Assembly (NCBI GenBank): GCA_028534125.1
Contig: CM052851.1
Span: 49,662,001-49,726,000 of the forward strand
Length of the DNA stretch: 64,000 nt
Source of the DNA: Lama glama
Taxonomy: Eukaryota
Reading direction: 5' to 3'
Each line of letters opens with the position of its first letter. The first letter of the stretch is position 1. Both the position numbers and the translations under genes were made by a program. Shown in pieces: positions 13,700 through 26,999 of this stretch. Below the pieces are notes generated by a model that made no database searches, had not been told where the DNA came from, and worked only from the letters and a program-made list of their open reading frames with translations.

Positions 13700-14037
13700 A
13701 GAAATACCACCTGTATTCAAATCCGGGCACCACAAATTACTAGGCATGCAAATTTAGAAAAATTATTTAGTTTTTCTCAGCTTCGGTTTCCCCATTTGCA
13801 AAATAGCAATGATGCTATAGATCTCATTGAGTTGTTGAGGATAGAAAGAAATAATCCATGCCAATTATTTTATGTACACGTGGTTGACAGTAAACAGTAT
13901 GGAAACCAGTGTTGCAAGCTGATACAAATTGCTAGCTCTGAGCTTAAATCTCTGTTCTACCATTTACTAGCTGTGAAATTTTGGACAAGTTGTTTAACCT
14001 CCCTCCATCCCCATTTTCTCGGATGAAAAATGGAGAT
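13700..14037 (+). mobile_element. Two adjacent MIR fragments; the second is split by the MLT1 LTR and resumes at 14604-14678
   Basis: ctcagcttcggtttccccatttgcaaaatag; ctgttctaccatttactagctgtgaaattttggacaagttgtttaacctc. Confidence 0.7.
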
Positions 14038-14603
14038 TGCAGCAAATTGTATTTCATAAAGATGGATTCAAAAATATTTCCAGCTTGACATCTCTTCTCA
14101 AAACTTGCCAACTCCCTCATCAAACGGTGAAATGCTCATCCATTTCAACCTGGGTAATCCTTTGTGACTTTCTGGATAGTAGGAATTTGGAAAGTGATGC
14201 CATGTGACTTTCAAGGTTCAATCATAAAAGATGATACAGCACCCACTTCTCTTTCTCTCTCTCTCTCCCCAGATTGTTGCTCTTGAAACTGTCATAAGAA
14301 ATCTGGCCACCCATGATGAAGAGACTACCTGGAAATAGAGATTCCTTAAGAGTTGTAGCTCTTCCAGCTTCCAGCTATTTAAGTTTTCCCAGCACAGGCT
14401 GCAGACATACATGGGAGTGAGCCCTCAGATCACTCCCACCCCATCATCTGACTTCAATTGGATGGGAGACCTTGGGCAAGTGAAAACGTACTACAAGGTT
14501 ACTTAACCTCCAGAATCATGAGAGATAATGACAAAACGATGTTGTTGTTTTAAGCCACTGCATTTTGGGATGGTTGTTTAGGCAGCAATAGGTAACTAAG
14601 GCA
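14038..14603 (+). mobile_element. MLT1 (G/H-like) MaLR solo LTR
   Basis: gaaagtgatgccatgtgactttcaagg; 3' end gttgttgttttaagccactgcattttgggatggttgtttaggcagcaataggtaactaaggca. Confidence 0.85.
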
Positions 14604-14679
14604 AAGATAGAATAGTATTTGACTTGTAAGGTTTATATGGATTAAATGAGATGGTCCATATAAGCTATTGCACATAGAG

Positions 14680-14867
14680 AAGTGGTTCTCAAACTTTCAT
14701 GTCCAATTCTATCACCTGAGGTCTTATTACAAAACAGACTCTGCAGCCCTGCCCCAGAATTTCTGACTGAGTCAATCTAGAGGGAGCCTGAGGGCTTGTC
14801 TTTTTAGTGTGTCCCTAGCTGCTGCTGCTGGTGGTCATGGTCCAGAGACCACACTTGAAAACCACGG
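14680..14867. mobile_element. MER5A-like hAT-Charlie MITE
   Basis: TIRs agtggttctcaaact...accacacttgaaaaccacgg. Confidence 0.85.
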
Positions 14868-16938
14868 TGCAGGAAATTCTCAATTATTAATTTTATTCTC
14901 ACTACTGTTTTTTATACTTACTGTTTTCATTTCATGGAACTTAATTAAGCACTGCCAGTTCCTTTGGATACAAGGGAAATTTACAACCAGTTTCTCTCCA
15001 TAAGTCAGTCTAATTTACCTCTTTTATCCCTAGTGCTGATCACAATGACTTTCACATAATAAGTGCTTAACAATTACTTGTTATAGGAAATAATTAAGAG
15101 TCCCCATATCAATTTATGGGTATACGATGTATGAAGGAGACAATGCAAGAAAAAAAGTAAGATGCAAAGACACAGGGGTGGAGGGAAAGAGAGGGAGAGA
15201 GAGAGAGAGAGAGGAAGGAAAAGAGTGAAGGATAATTTGATACTCCTTGATCTAAAACTTTTTTTAACACTATGACAAGTATTCATATTGTCTTTTTCTA
15301 ATTTTAAGATGTGCATTTCATGACAGGAGCATCTTGTCTCCAAATCCCCCTTCTCATTTATTTATTCTTCAAAATGGAATGGTAAAATCATTGAACGACT
15401 GTGAAACAGAGCTAGCAAAAAATGTTATCAGACTCCTGTTTTGATTTTGTTTTATAGCTACTGTATATTCTGATTTAAAAAATGCATCAACTGTTTGGAT
15501 GTCTGAGCACTCTGTTTAGCTTAGGATGCAACATTCATCTTATTGACAAGATCTTATGGATATGAATGTATAAAAATGTGACTGGACAGAACAAGACAAG
15601 GATTCCCTGGAGGACTCTGGTTTCCATATAGCCTCAATTTTAAAGGTACTTATGAGATTGGCCATGTCTATGAGTTCTATCCAGGTTTCAAATTGCGTAT
15701 TTAATGTTCGGTTCCCTCATTTCTCATCCCATCTAGATGAAGATCATGAGAATAAATCATACCATCTATATAAAAGCTCTCCAAGCCTGAAGAGTTCCAC
15801 TTATAGACACTTAAGGGAACAAGGTATTAATTACTTTATTTTTAACAGCTTGTAAGTCGTAATTCAAATGTTAAGTTTGCACACTATCCAACTTATGGAT
15901 GATGTGTGGAGGACTATTCTGTACCTATTAATTTTGAAATGCTTAGGGAAATGCACAAAAGGAGAAAATCTGGCCCCTGCCTTCATGGAAGACGTGATTT
16001 TGAAAGAAAGACAATATTTTTAAGTGAGACAAGCTTTGCGTTTCATAAATAGGCATGAGATCATATTAACTTCCTGCTGAAAGTCTTCTGATGTTGTCAC
16101 AGTGCTTTCAGGGGAAAACAACAGCAACAACAACAAACTTCACAGAATGGCTGACAAAGCCTCTATGATCTAGCTCAGCTCTCCATCCAATCAGTCTCAC
16201 CTTCCTCATCTCTTCCATAGACCTACCAGATATCCACCACTGATGTTTAAACAGTGCCCGATACATAGTAACTATACCATACAAAGGATTTCTAGAATTA
16301 CTTATTAATATAGTCCTGTGACTCTATTATTGTTTGCCTATGCCAACAGACTGCAAGACGAATGGTAGAGTTTGTGCCAATCTCTCTCATCATCACTCCC
16401 ACAAAATCTAGCAGGGTTCCTGGTTGACTGACTAAGAGAAGGAAAATGCACTAAATGAAATTCTAAACAATTAGGATGAAATGAAAAATCAAAAAAAAAT
16501 ACTAAACCATGGGGTACTAACAAAAGAGACTATGGATAGTGATTAAACTAGCAACAAATCCAAATAACTTCAACGATGACTTCAAGAAGAGGGTAAAACA
16601 TTTGATCTTGACTAACCTATGTGAAATTGAATATCCAGAAGTCAGTTCATGCTCTGGTGACACTAACTGCATCAACAACTCAAAAACTTGCATATCCATC
16701 AACCTTATTTGTAATAAGAAAAGCATGGGTATAGAGCTAGGGAACTCACACTTGCTAATTGCATACGATGTCTCAGTATCTCATTAAGAGTCAGAACAAT
16801 GTTATAAGATGTAAATTTATATCCACTTTAATAGAGGAGTAATCACAGTCTTCAAGAAGTAAATAAATTATACAAAGTCATAACCTGAATGTTAGAGTCA
16901 GGAGTATGCAGAAGCTCAGGGTCTTTTCAACACAGAAC

Positions 16939-17000
16939 AAGGTTACTAAGTTACTTGGTTACTAAGTTATAAAGTTATACTAAGATAACAAGTTACTAAG
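16939..17000. repeat. Imperfect AAGTTACT-type short tandem repeat
   Basis: GGTTACTAAGTTA occurs twice, plus several AAGTTA variants. Confidence 0.75.
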
Positions 17001-19069
17001 AGAAAGAGAAGGACCATAGCTTTCCCATGGTAGTATGTTTTCTAGAAAAGAAAAAAAGACTTATTGAAACTACAATACATTCACTTCAGCTTTTAGTAAA
17101 TTGCCTCCTGGGGCTGCAACAGTAAGTATAAAAATCACACAAATATACAGGCTCTGTTCTTGTGGAGTTTATGAGAAACAGGATACATTTTAAAAAACTA
17201 CATGAATACATGTAAAATTACGACTGTGTTCAATATGATTTAAAAAAAATAAAGGGCTGTTTAGTACTTTGAATTTCCTGGAAAGAACAGATCTGATCTT
17301 GTCTTTCATTCTGATGTGATGAAGAATGGTGATCTTAAAGAGCAGCTGGGATCCACGGATGTGTGTAGAAACATTTCAGGCATAAGAAACAGCACAAGCA
17401 AAAGTCTAGGAACAGGAAGGACAGTGTCATGTTTAGGAAACAGAGGGAAAAACTGTATTCCAGACTTTGGGACCTACCAGAACAATATATAAAAGTCTTC
17501 TTACATTGAAATCTGGGAAAACAGGAAGATTGTGTCTAGGAAAGATCAAGCTTCAATTTGAATGAAAGTGTCATTTGAGATTTTCAAACTCTTTCCCTTC
17601 TTTAACCATCACGCTTCTCACCCCATGGTGCAGAGTCAACAGTGAAGCCACAGAGTCTCAAGTTGCAGCATATGATGGATTTGCTCCAGGACAATCACTA
17701 GAAGGACTGTCATCAACCTCCTTAATAAACAAGTAGAGATTGTTCAGAAATCTAAGATACACGATAAGAATCAGCAGGGTCTTTGGAGTCTGTCAGAATT
17801 TGACTCAAACCCCAAACTTTACTAAGCCAGGTCAGTGTGGGCAGGCAATAGACTCTCTGGGCTTCAGGTCCCTTCTCTATAAAATATTGTAATGAGTACA
17901 TTGGAGAAGAAACACAAAGTACTAAGCACATATTCAATACTTACCCTTTCTTTCCTCCTTTCTTTCATTAATTCAATTTCATTTCCTCTTGTACTATGTC
18001 TATTGCTTTCAATCTTCTCACAAAATACCTTCCACCCCCACTTCTCCCCCCTTTTTTTTGATTTGATATCTTTTTTTCTTTTATTCCTGGTGATAAACCA
18101 AAAAAAGACCTTTTTATTACCTCCATGCTATATTGAATCCCAAAGAATGTTATTCTGTCATAAACCAGGGCTAATCTCTTCCTCATAGAAATGATACTGT
18201 ATACCATGCTGTATAATTGCATTGCTTTCTATGGCACTAAAAGAGAATAATGGAGAGAAATGGCATTTTTTTTTTGTCCATTTCAAAGACAAGAGGTTTC
18301 CAGAACACTTTCAGTTGAGAACACAAAGTCCTTTGCAATGGGGGTGGGGCGAGTAGACAAGTAGTGGCTACATCTGCACTTGTCGCACCCAACAGCACTT
18401 ACGTTAGGGTAATTGTTCATGGAGATAGGCTTTTTATCCCTCAACTTACAATAATCCCTATTTCTTCAAATTCACTACTTAGAACCCTGTTTTCTTTTAA
18501 TCATTTATTCATCATTAGCAGCATTACAAAGACACGTGTCAGGCTTAGAAATGCCAGGTGTCTTAGGGAATGAGCTTGGTGGTTAATTAGAGATATTTTG
18601 CAATTCTCCTTGGCTGAGCCTTTATATTTGTGCTGGGAATAACACACCGTCTCTGGAAGCAAGCCCCTCATGCCTACAGTCAACAGTGCCTTCATATTAA
18701 TCCAGAAGTGGCAACCTAGCTCTCCCTCTGAATATTGCTTTTAAGAAACAGAACAATAGATAAAGAAAGTACTGTTCCATTTCATTCTTCCTATATAGGA
18801 AGTCACCGCTCCACTGTCTCCCACATTGCTATTTTCTTGTCTATAACTCCCTCACTATTTTGTAAGCTCCTTGAATCAAGAGACTTTGTCTTGTCTACAA
18901 TTATATACCTAGCACTTGGTAAGTGTCCCATAAATAGGAGTCTAATTACAAAATAGGGAACAACCGCTGCCTACCTCGATGCATCTCCCGTTTACTTGCA
19001 GTGGGTCCTAGGGTCTTTTCTATCTGACAGCCTTTCTAAGTCCTTCTCACAGGAAGAAATAGAGAAAAA

Positions 19070-19270
19070 GTAATTTGCTAAATACCTGGTATGTGCTAGG
19101 TACCACGATCTGCATTTTTCGTACATGATCTCCTCTAATGTATATCACACCAGTGATAGTTAAGTATCTTCCCCCAGCTTTACAGGAAAGAAAACTAAGG
19201 CTCAGAGAAATTAAGTGACCTTCTCAATTTCCCAAAGCAAGGAAGAGTCAGAAAATGAATTTGAAGACAC
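19070..19270 (-). mobile_element. MIR SINE
   Basis: ccccagctttacaggaaagaaaactaaggctcagagaaattaagtgacc. Confidence 0.75.
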
Positions 19271-19814
19271 AGCCAAGATGGTAAGAACTTGTGCTTTTGG
19301 CTTAGAGGGTAGAGTGGAGGGCCTGATCATGGGAGGGGAAAGAAAAGAGATCTGTGAAAAATGAAGAAATTTGATCTCAAGAATTCTAACAGAAAATAGA
19401 AGTGAATGGGATTGCAGACTTTGTGAATATTACACCTATTTGAAAAAAAGTCTCAACAGCAGTTTGCATTTTACATTATTAGATCTCTAAGTATACGTTG
19501 ATTATCTGTATATCTAGTTTTGGTCACAGTCTACATTTTCAATAGCATGAGCTAACCTAAAGCTAATGACAAAACAGTTGTTTTAAGAAAGAAGGTATTC
19601 ATTATTCAATTCTTATATACTTTACACAATTAGAATGAGAAAAATTAGCCTAATATGGCCCTATGTTACAACTGCAAGGGCTGTTATTTTCTAAGCCAAA
19701 TGGCTTGGCATAAAGGACATGGGTTCCCACTGGGGGCTGTTTTGAGCAAAAGCAATCAGGCAATGATGCAATTACAGCACCTGCAAATATTATTGTAACC
19801 TTTCCTTTCTACTA

Positions 19815-20267
19815 CAGGTTGTCTTCCCAAGGAAGCAAACTCTGAAATGGAATTTAGCATTCAAGGAGTTTTTTAGATGTGCCCTTGGGAGCAACACCTG
19901 TGGAAGGGATGGGTGGGAAGTGGGATTTGGCGCAGGGAAAAGTCAAGCTGCAGTACAGCCAACTAGAGCCTTTGCTACCACACAGAGAATTCTGGAACTA
20001 GAAGAGCCCCTCTAAATTGTCCTAAGGTGGGCCAAGGTGACCAGGTCTTTATACTCCCAGATTAATTAGTCATTCTATGTGGGTCATGCCAGGAAAAGAC
20101 TTGACCTTGGGTGTGGCAGCTCTCTGAAGCCAAGGTCATCTCTCCGAAGAAGCTGACCACTGAACATTTTAATAAGGCTGTTGCCTGACAGCACAGCAGT
20201 AGTAGAGGAAACATGTCCTTCATGGAAGAGGAATCTGGGTGGTGCCTGAACACACAACGTCCACACA
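19815..20267 (-). mobile_element. LTR16-type (ERVL) solo LTR
   Basis: ttcccaaggaagcaaactctgaaatggaatttagc...gggaaaagtcaagctg...gaatctgggtggtg...gtccacaca; similar to the LTRs at 55.5 kb and 58.5 kb. Confidence 0.8.
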
Positions 20268-20506
20268 GAGTCCAGATAATAAAACCCCCTACCCGGATGT
20301 CTTTATCAATGCAGGGCTACTCAACAACAGGAAGCCGTCTCTTCCTGTGAACACGTACAGTAGCACATGGTCATTCGAGTCTGATTGCAATTATTTATGA
20401 ACCTCATATTCCATTTACTGTTTTAATTTAGGTAATATGGAGAGGGTTTTTTTTATGGGAGCTGTTGGTTGTATTATAGATGAGCTCAGAGACAGCATTT
20501 ACATGG

Positions 20507-20869
20507 TGTATTAGCAGGCTACCATAATAACATAGCACAGAACAGAAATGTATTTTCTCTTAGTTCTGGAGGCTAGAAGTCCTAGATCAAGGTGCCTACA
20601 GATTTGATTTCAGGTGCAAGCTCTCTTCTTGGCTTTCAGATGGCTGCCTTCTTTCTAGGTCTTCACATGAACTTTCCTCTGTGCATGCATGGAGAGAGAA
20701 AGGTATCTCTGGTGTCTCTTCTGATAAGGGCATCAGCCTTACCAGAATAGGGCCCCACACGTATGACCTCGTTTAACATTAATTACCTCCTCTGTCCCCA
20801 AATACAGTCAGATTGGAGGTTATGGCTTCAACATATGAATTTGGAGGGGGCACAATTCAGTTCACCAGA
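20507..20869 (-). mobile_element. MLT1A-like MaLR solo LTR
   Basis: agttctggaggctagaagtcctagatcaaggtgcc...ggcttcaacatatgaatttggagggggcacaattcag. Confidence 0.85.
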
Positions 20870-20893
20870 TAAGGTAATTAAATTGAGAATTAC

Positions 20894-21393
20894 NNNNNNN
20901 NNNNNNNNNNNNNNNNNNNNNNNNNNNNNNNNNNNNNNNNNNNNNNNNNNNNNNNNNNNNNNNNNNNNNNNNNNNNNNNNNNNNNNNNNNNNNNNNNNNN
21001 NNNNNNNNNNNNNNNNNNNNNNNNNNNNNNNNNNNNNNNNNNNNNNNNNNNNNNNNNNNNNNNNNNNNNNNNNNNNNNNNNNNNNNNNNNNNNNNNNNNN
21101 NNNNNNNNNNNNNNNNNNNNNNNNNNNNNNNNNNNNNNNNNNNNNNNNNNNNNNNNNNNNNNNNNNNNNNNNNNNNNNNNNNNNNNNNNNNNNNNNNNNN
21201 NNNNNNNNNNNNNNNNNNNNNNNNNNNNNNNNNNNNNNNNNNNNNNNNNNNNNNNNNNNNNNNNNNNNNNNNNNNNNNNNNNNNNNNNNNNNNNNNNNNN
21301 NNNNNNNNNNNNNNNNNNNNNNNNNNNNNNNNNNNNNNNNNNNNNNNNNNNNNNNNNNNNNNNNNNNNNNNNNNNNNNNNNNNNNNNNNNNNN
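20894..21393. other. Assembly gap (500 N)
   Basis: N run. Confidence 1.
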
Positions 21394-21485
21394 TTTTTTT
21401 TAATAGAATTTAAGGAAGACAAAGTTCCTGCTATAGATTAGAGCAGATGGACATTATCTACAACTTGATTTTATTCAGGAGAAAA

Positions 21486-21623
21486 TTTTCTTTTTCTTTT
21501 TTTTTTCAGGCGGGGAGGCAATTAAGTTTTATTTTTTTATTTTTAGAGGAGGTATTGGGGATTGAACCCAGCATTTTGTGCATGCTAAGCATGTACTCTA
21601 CCACTTCAGTTATACCCTCCCCC
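21486..21623 (-). mobile_element. Vic-1-like camelid tRNA-derived SINE
   Basis: Minus strand GGGGAGGGTATAACTGAAGTGGTAGAGTACATGCTTAGCATGCACAAAATGCTGGGTTCAATCCCCAATACCTCC, with A/B boxes and an A-rich tail. Target-site duplication AGGAGAAA at 21477-21484 and 21625-21632. Confidence 0.85.
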
Positions 21624-21634
21624 AAGGAGAAATG

Positions 21635-22270
21635 TATTAAGTGCCTCCTTTTTGTCAAGCAGAGTTCTAGTTATCAGTTGCAGCAATAAGCTCAATGATG
21701 TTTCTGCCAGCATGGGCCTTATATTTTATAGCAAAGAGAATAAATAAGAAACCTCATAGATATATTCATTTTTTCAATTAATAATAAGTGCTTTGAGGAA
21801 AAGTCATGGAAAGTAAAGGAAGAGAGAGGAATAGACGTAAAATATTGATTATAATGTCAGTGGAAGCCTGAAGAGATTGCATTGCGTGGAAACCTGAATA
21901 GAGTTATGAAGGAAGAGATGTAAATACATACTTCAAGGAAAAAAAAATAATTCCAGGCCAGTGGAAAAAGCAAGTGGTAAGGTTCTGAACTTGGTTCCCC
22001 CAGGCATCAGCAGGGAACCAGTGTGACTGAAGGGAGGAAATGGAAGGAAAGGGGATTAGGAACTTAATTATGAAGAGTCTTGTTAGTCAGAGACAGAATT
22101 TTGAATGCATTCTGAGCGTGATGGGAAGCCTTGAAGAATACTAAGTGAAAGATTGTTGCTTTGGTTGTTTACATGCAGATATGATTAACCTTGGTCAAGA
22201 ATAGAAAGACTTATTAGGCTATTGTAGCATCTTAGTCATGATATGCTGTACCTTGGACCAGGAAGGGGAA
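21635..22270 (-). mobile_element. L2 LINE fragment
   Basis: tgtattaagtgcctcc...ttccaggccagtggaaaaagcaagtggtaagg...tctgagcgtgatgggaagcc. Confidence 0.65.
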
Positions 22271-22289
22271 ACAGAGATGTGGTGTTCAT

Positions 22290-23630
22290 TGTATAGTGTG
22301 GATCTACCTTCACTTCTTTTGTTGGACACTTAGTGAACCCTTCCAAACAAGAAGCAAATATTTTTCCTGACATAAAAGTTTCTTGAAGTATCCTATTAAA
22401 AGTTTCCTCCACCGTTTTAAAATCTTAATTTTGTTGATTATGATAGTTCTGAAACTCCTATTATTTTGCTGTTGGATCTCCCATAATTATCTTATTTTTA
22501 TATATTTTTACTTTTCTTTTCCTTATCCTTATATTTTTTATTCCACTTTCAGCAATATTTCTATAATGTTATGTTTGAAGCATTTTATTGAATTTTGATT
22601 TCTGCTGTTATACATATAAGAAAAATCTATGTCTATATATGTTATCATAAAAGCAAAATTATATATGGGCATAGGAATATAAAATAATAACATATGATTA
22701 TTGAGTTCTTTACTTTCTAAATAGAACTTATTATAGTATCCTATTTGTAATAGAATTAATATCTACTCTTAGTCCTCTGAGGCTGTCAACTAACTTTTTT
22801 AAGTTTAATTTTTATAGTTCTCATTTATTCAGAATTGCTTTTTCTTTCTGTTGGCTCATTATTTAGCTTTTATATTAGAGACACTCTTCAGTTGCCTGTA
22901 ACTTTTAGTTGTCTGCTTACATTTAGGAATTGGGAACTCAGAATCTATTTATTTGAGCCAATGTGTGTAACTTGTAGCTGTGGGCATCATTGCAGGGTTA
23001 TCTGCTTGGTTTGTTTACTTTAGGTCTTTCCTACTGGGTTAATCAGTTTCCCCTTAGAGGGAATTTTCAAATTCCTGTCTGGGGTCTATCTGTGTGTCAC
23101 ATGAGGGAAGAGAGCTGTGGGTCTCAGCATTCAGCATGTTAACACACACTGAACCCCTCTATTTTCAGTAAAGTATTTTCCCGACAACTATGGTAGATAA
23201 TATCTTATAATAAACCCCTATTTTATCCTTTTTAGTCTTTTAATAGTTGGAGGACAGAGCGGGGAAGGTTATATGGGGATTTAACTGCATCTTATGTAGA
23301 CTTTCAAGTAGTTTTTAATTTTTTTTCACCTTTATCCCCATTCTTAGAGTATCTGTTACCCAATCCCCACCTCTTTTTTTTTTTTTGAGAGGGCTTAATA
23401 TGCATTTTCTACCCAATGGCTTTTTAGTTTTTCTCACTACAGGTTTAGCAGTCAGCTTCCTTGGATACGCTCACTTAACAGTTGTCTATCAACTTCATAG
23501 CTCTCAACATTTATTGCTTTTATCTCCTCTCCTTTCTCTTTTCCTCTGCAGGTTTGTATAATTTAAGATATCCTTTATTTTCATTTAGGGAATAAAGGTA
23601 AATGTGTTTTCACCCCCACTATCTCTACCC
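22290..23630 (-). mobile_element. Degraded L1ME/HAL1-type 5' region
   Basis: T-rich antisense tract with gtgaacccttccaaac and ttttattccactttc motifs, ending ...ctctacccaaagtc. Confidence 0.45.
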
Positions 23631-26600
23631 AAAGTCCATTAGTATGAATTATCACAGACACCATGTAAAGGTAGACTACCTCCTATTTCACAGAGGCCAA
23701 AATTAAGCTCAGCGAATTTAAGTAGTTGTTTTATATTCTCAAGGTTAATAACTGGTTGAGTCGGGATTCTCATCCAGTTCAAGGTGACTCCAAATCAGCA
23801 GCTCTTCCTGCTACATCCTGCAGCCTCAGTTATCACCCTCATTTACAGTGGACCAAATGCAAACGTACTGTCCATCTGCCAGGAGTGGTTACTGGCTTAT
23901 CGCAGTCCCACGGGTCCTGCACACACATCCTATTGACTTTGCCTGCTCACACCTACAAGCAGACAAGTCTGCAAATCTCCACTTTCCAATTAGTCAAGTT
24001 AATGAAGCTCTTTAAAGAAATCCATAAAGCCTGCCTCCATGGTCCTGACATTTAGTAACTTCTGGATAATGGTCTCTGGGCCCTTTCTCCATTAAAATAT
24101 TGTATTGTGAGTCATGAACTGCTGACTCTGAGACTTCCTTAGAAGAGAACAAGGAGGAGCTCCCTTTGAGCCTTCCCAAATCCCAGGACAAATACAGAAA
24201 TGGCACTTTGAATAGTCAAGCCCTCTGAGAGGCCACCTTTAATGGAGTTGCCTCCTGTCAGGAAAGCTATAGTTTTCTGAGTGAAGGAAAACAGTTAAGA
24301 GGCAGAAGCAAAGGGGGAAAGAAAAAGAACCCAGAGTCATGTCTTAGGATCACAACATGACATCCACAGATAAAGAGATGCCTTGATTAGTTAAAAAAAA
24401 AAATTAGTCATGAGCTGGACTCCTCAAAACCCAGGGCAGATTACTCTCTTGGTGCCTCACTTTTCTGTGTAGTAGGAATAATAATGCCTTATTCTTAATT
24501 CAGTCTTTTGGTGAAGATCCAAAGGAGAGCAAGAGTAGGAATATATTACTCATGCAGAAGGAATTAAATGAAACACTAACTCAGTAATGTTCACTTTCAG
24601 CTTGCACAGTATGGATAGGTAAGTCGAATTACATGTTTCTAATATTTTCTTCACAAAGGTTGGAGGCATATTTGTGTCCACTTTGTCAACAGGCCTCTTG
24701 GTCACATTCCCTTATAGCTTCCTGGAAATGTGCTTTGACTTTTCACTTCCATCACTCATTCTGATCACTTATTTTCACTACTCGGTCCAGTTTGTGCTCA
24801 CTATATTTATCGAAATCTAATTAAATCATATATTAAACATAAACCATCCTCAGGTATTTCTGGACTACAGGTATGGTTTTCTTTCTCCTACTAGATTAGA
24901 ATGTACAACAAGTCAGTTAATACATCACCTCTGGCCACTTAAAACCTATCCTGATGCTATATATTTCCATTTATTTCATCTTAATATTTATCGGTACGCT
25001 ACAAATGTGTCAGATGCTGGGTTAAGTGCTGGAATCAGAAAGAAAACATGATTCTGTATAGACATACTGTTGAGGGGGAAAGAGACTTACAATTTCTCCA
25101 CATCCTGTGGTCATATGTGTTACAGTGGGATTAGAGATTAAAGAGATCTCGGCCCTCAGGAACACTCCTCCTAGAGGCCAGAAGCAGAGAAATAAATTAA
25201 TATTTGCAACGTCATGTGATTCGTTTGAGGTTGGAGGTGGTCTTTGGAGACTGATGGGTACAGAGGAGGAATTTCTGTGTGTGTTGGTTTCCAGGAGTAA
25301 ATCACCTTGAGTCAAGTACTAATTAGCAGCGGTGAGACATCTAGTCAATGTCCCTGGCTGACAAAAGCTGCTATCACCTCTTGTGCCTTTACTGGTACTG
25401 GCGTTAGTTAAACCAATCCCTCTGCACTTGGTATGTTTTGAAAAACATCTATGACCTTTAGAAATCTACCATAAAAGGTTAATTGCTTTATCCATCTCTT
25501 GCCACTAGTACAGTGGAGCAAAGATGTAGCTCAGGCTACACAAGCTGCACCTTGCACTTTGTCATTTCTGATGTCCCATGCGACTCCAAAAACATGACGC
25601 TCTTTCTTGCTCACACGATGAGACGTTTACTCTTTACTTTTTCCATCTGGTTAAGTATTTCATGCACAATAAGACTCAGAGGGAAGGGAAACTTTCTTCA
25701 TTTCCCAGGGCAGAGGAAATAGTTACCTTGGTATATGTCCACAGCAAAGTGGACTAGCCCTAAACTTAATTATTAAACTTAACTGTCTTTACTCCACAAA
25801 CTAGGAGCTACTTGAGAAGAGAAATAATGTCCAATTCATCTTTGATCCTTCTCACCAGTCCCTAAACCAGTCACTGGCCTATACTTGGCACTCAGTAGCT
25901 ATAACTATGTGTGTCATGAAGATTAGTCGGCCATCAGCCATTTCCATAGGAAACTGACATTACGGTTCTACCCAAAAGCACTATTTTCCTGGTTAAATGT
26001 AATCCACATTTCCAAAACATCATGATTTACGTGATTCGACCCCAAACTACTTCCGTAGTTTGATCCCCTATCTTTCTTCCTGCCATTCACTGCTCTCCAA
26101 TAACTTTGTGAGGGAGGTAAGTTATTTCCCACATTTTATAAAGAAAGAAACTGAGCTCCAGTACAGTCATTTATTTGATTGTGTTTATCCCTCTGGGCAG
26201 CAACAGAACAAGGACTTACACTGCCATGTTCTGCCTCTCGGTCTAGTGCACTTTCCACTACAATGTGGCCACCTTGACTCTTATTTTCATCTGTTTAAAA
26301 GCTGTGGGGCACTTTGGAGTTAGTTAAGATCCCTCTCAAATCATAAAGTTTTATAAAAGCACTCTGATCCTCAGAGACCACTCTACACTCTTAAGTAATG
26401 ATCATCTAGGTCACTGGAAATCACTTGCTACCCCTAACATCTCCCCTATGCTTGAAGTTATTTTTATACAAGTTTATTGTTAAGCAAACTTCCATATGCT
26501 TATATTATCTCTCTCCCACTTAAGTTCTCTGAGAGCCAAAGGGCATTTATGCACAAGGTTTAGCACATTGCTTTGTATTTAGTAGGTGCTACTCTGAGAT

Positions 26601-26999
26601 TATTTCCTCACGTATCAACCCTCCCTTTACAATTGGCCTAAGAGACATGTTTGGAGCTCTAAAGACTTATGATAGTGTGACATGGAACTGATGCATAAAC
26701 AATGAGATTATGGCAGGAGAATGAGTTGAGGTAGAAAGGTCCAAAAGCTATTGATGTCAAAATTCCACCTTCTTTATCAATAAATGTATTTTCGCACCAT
26801 TAAACCTGTATGCCAGAGGTTAAGGAGAAAACATTTTTTTTTATTGAAGAATCCTGGAGTGATAATTAAATATAGCCTATATGATTTTCTTGGAAATCCC
26901 TCTTTTCTTTTTCTGTTTTCTTATACCAAACTACACAGAGTGACAATTAGAAGACCATCCCACCTTGATTCTTGTATGCAAATTATCAAAATATATTCT

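Noticed and set aside
20763-21422. Long ORFs of 186-229 aa here and at 36520-37252, and shorter ones at 33457-33816 and 52019-52401
   Set aside because: Open only because they run through N-gaps.
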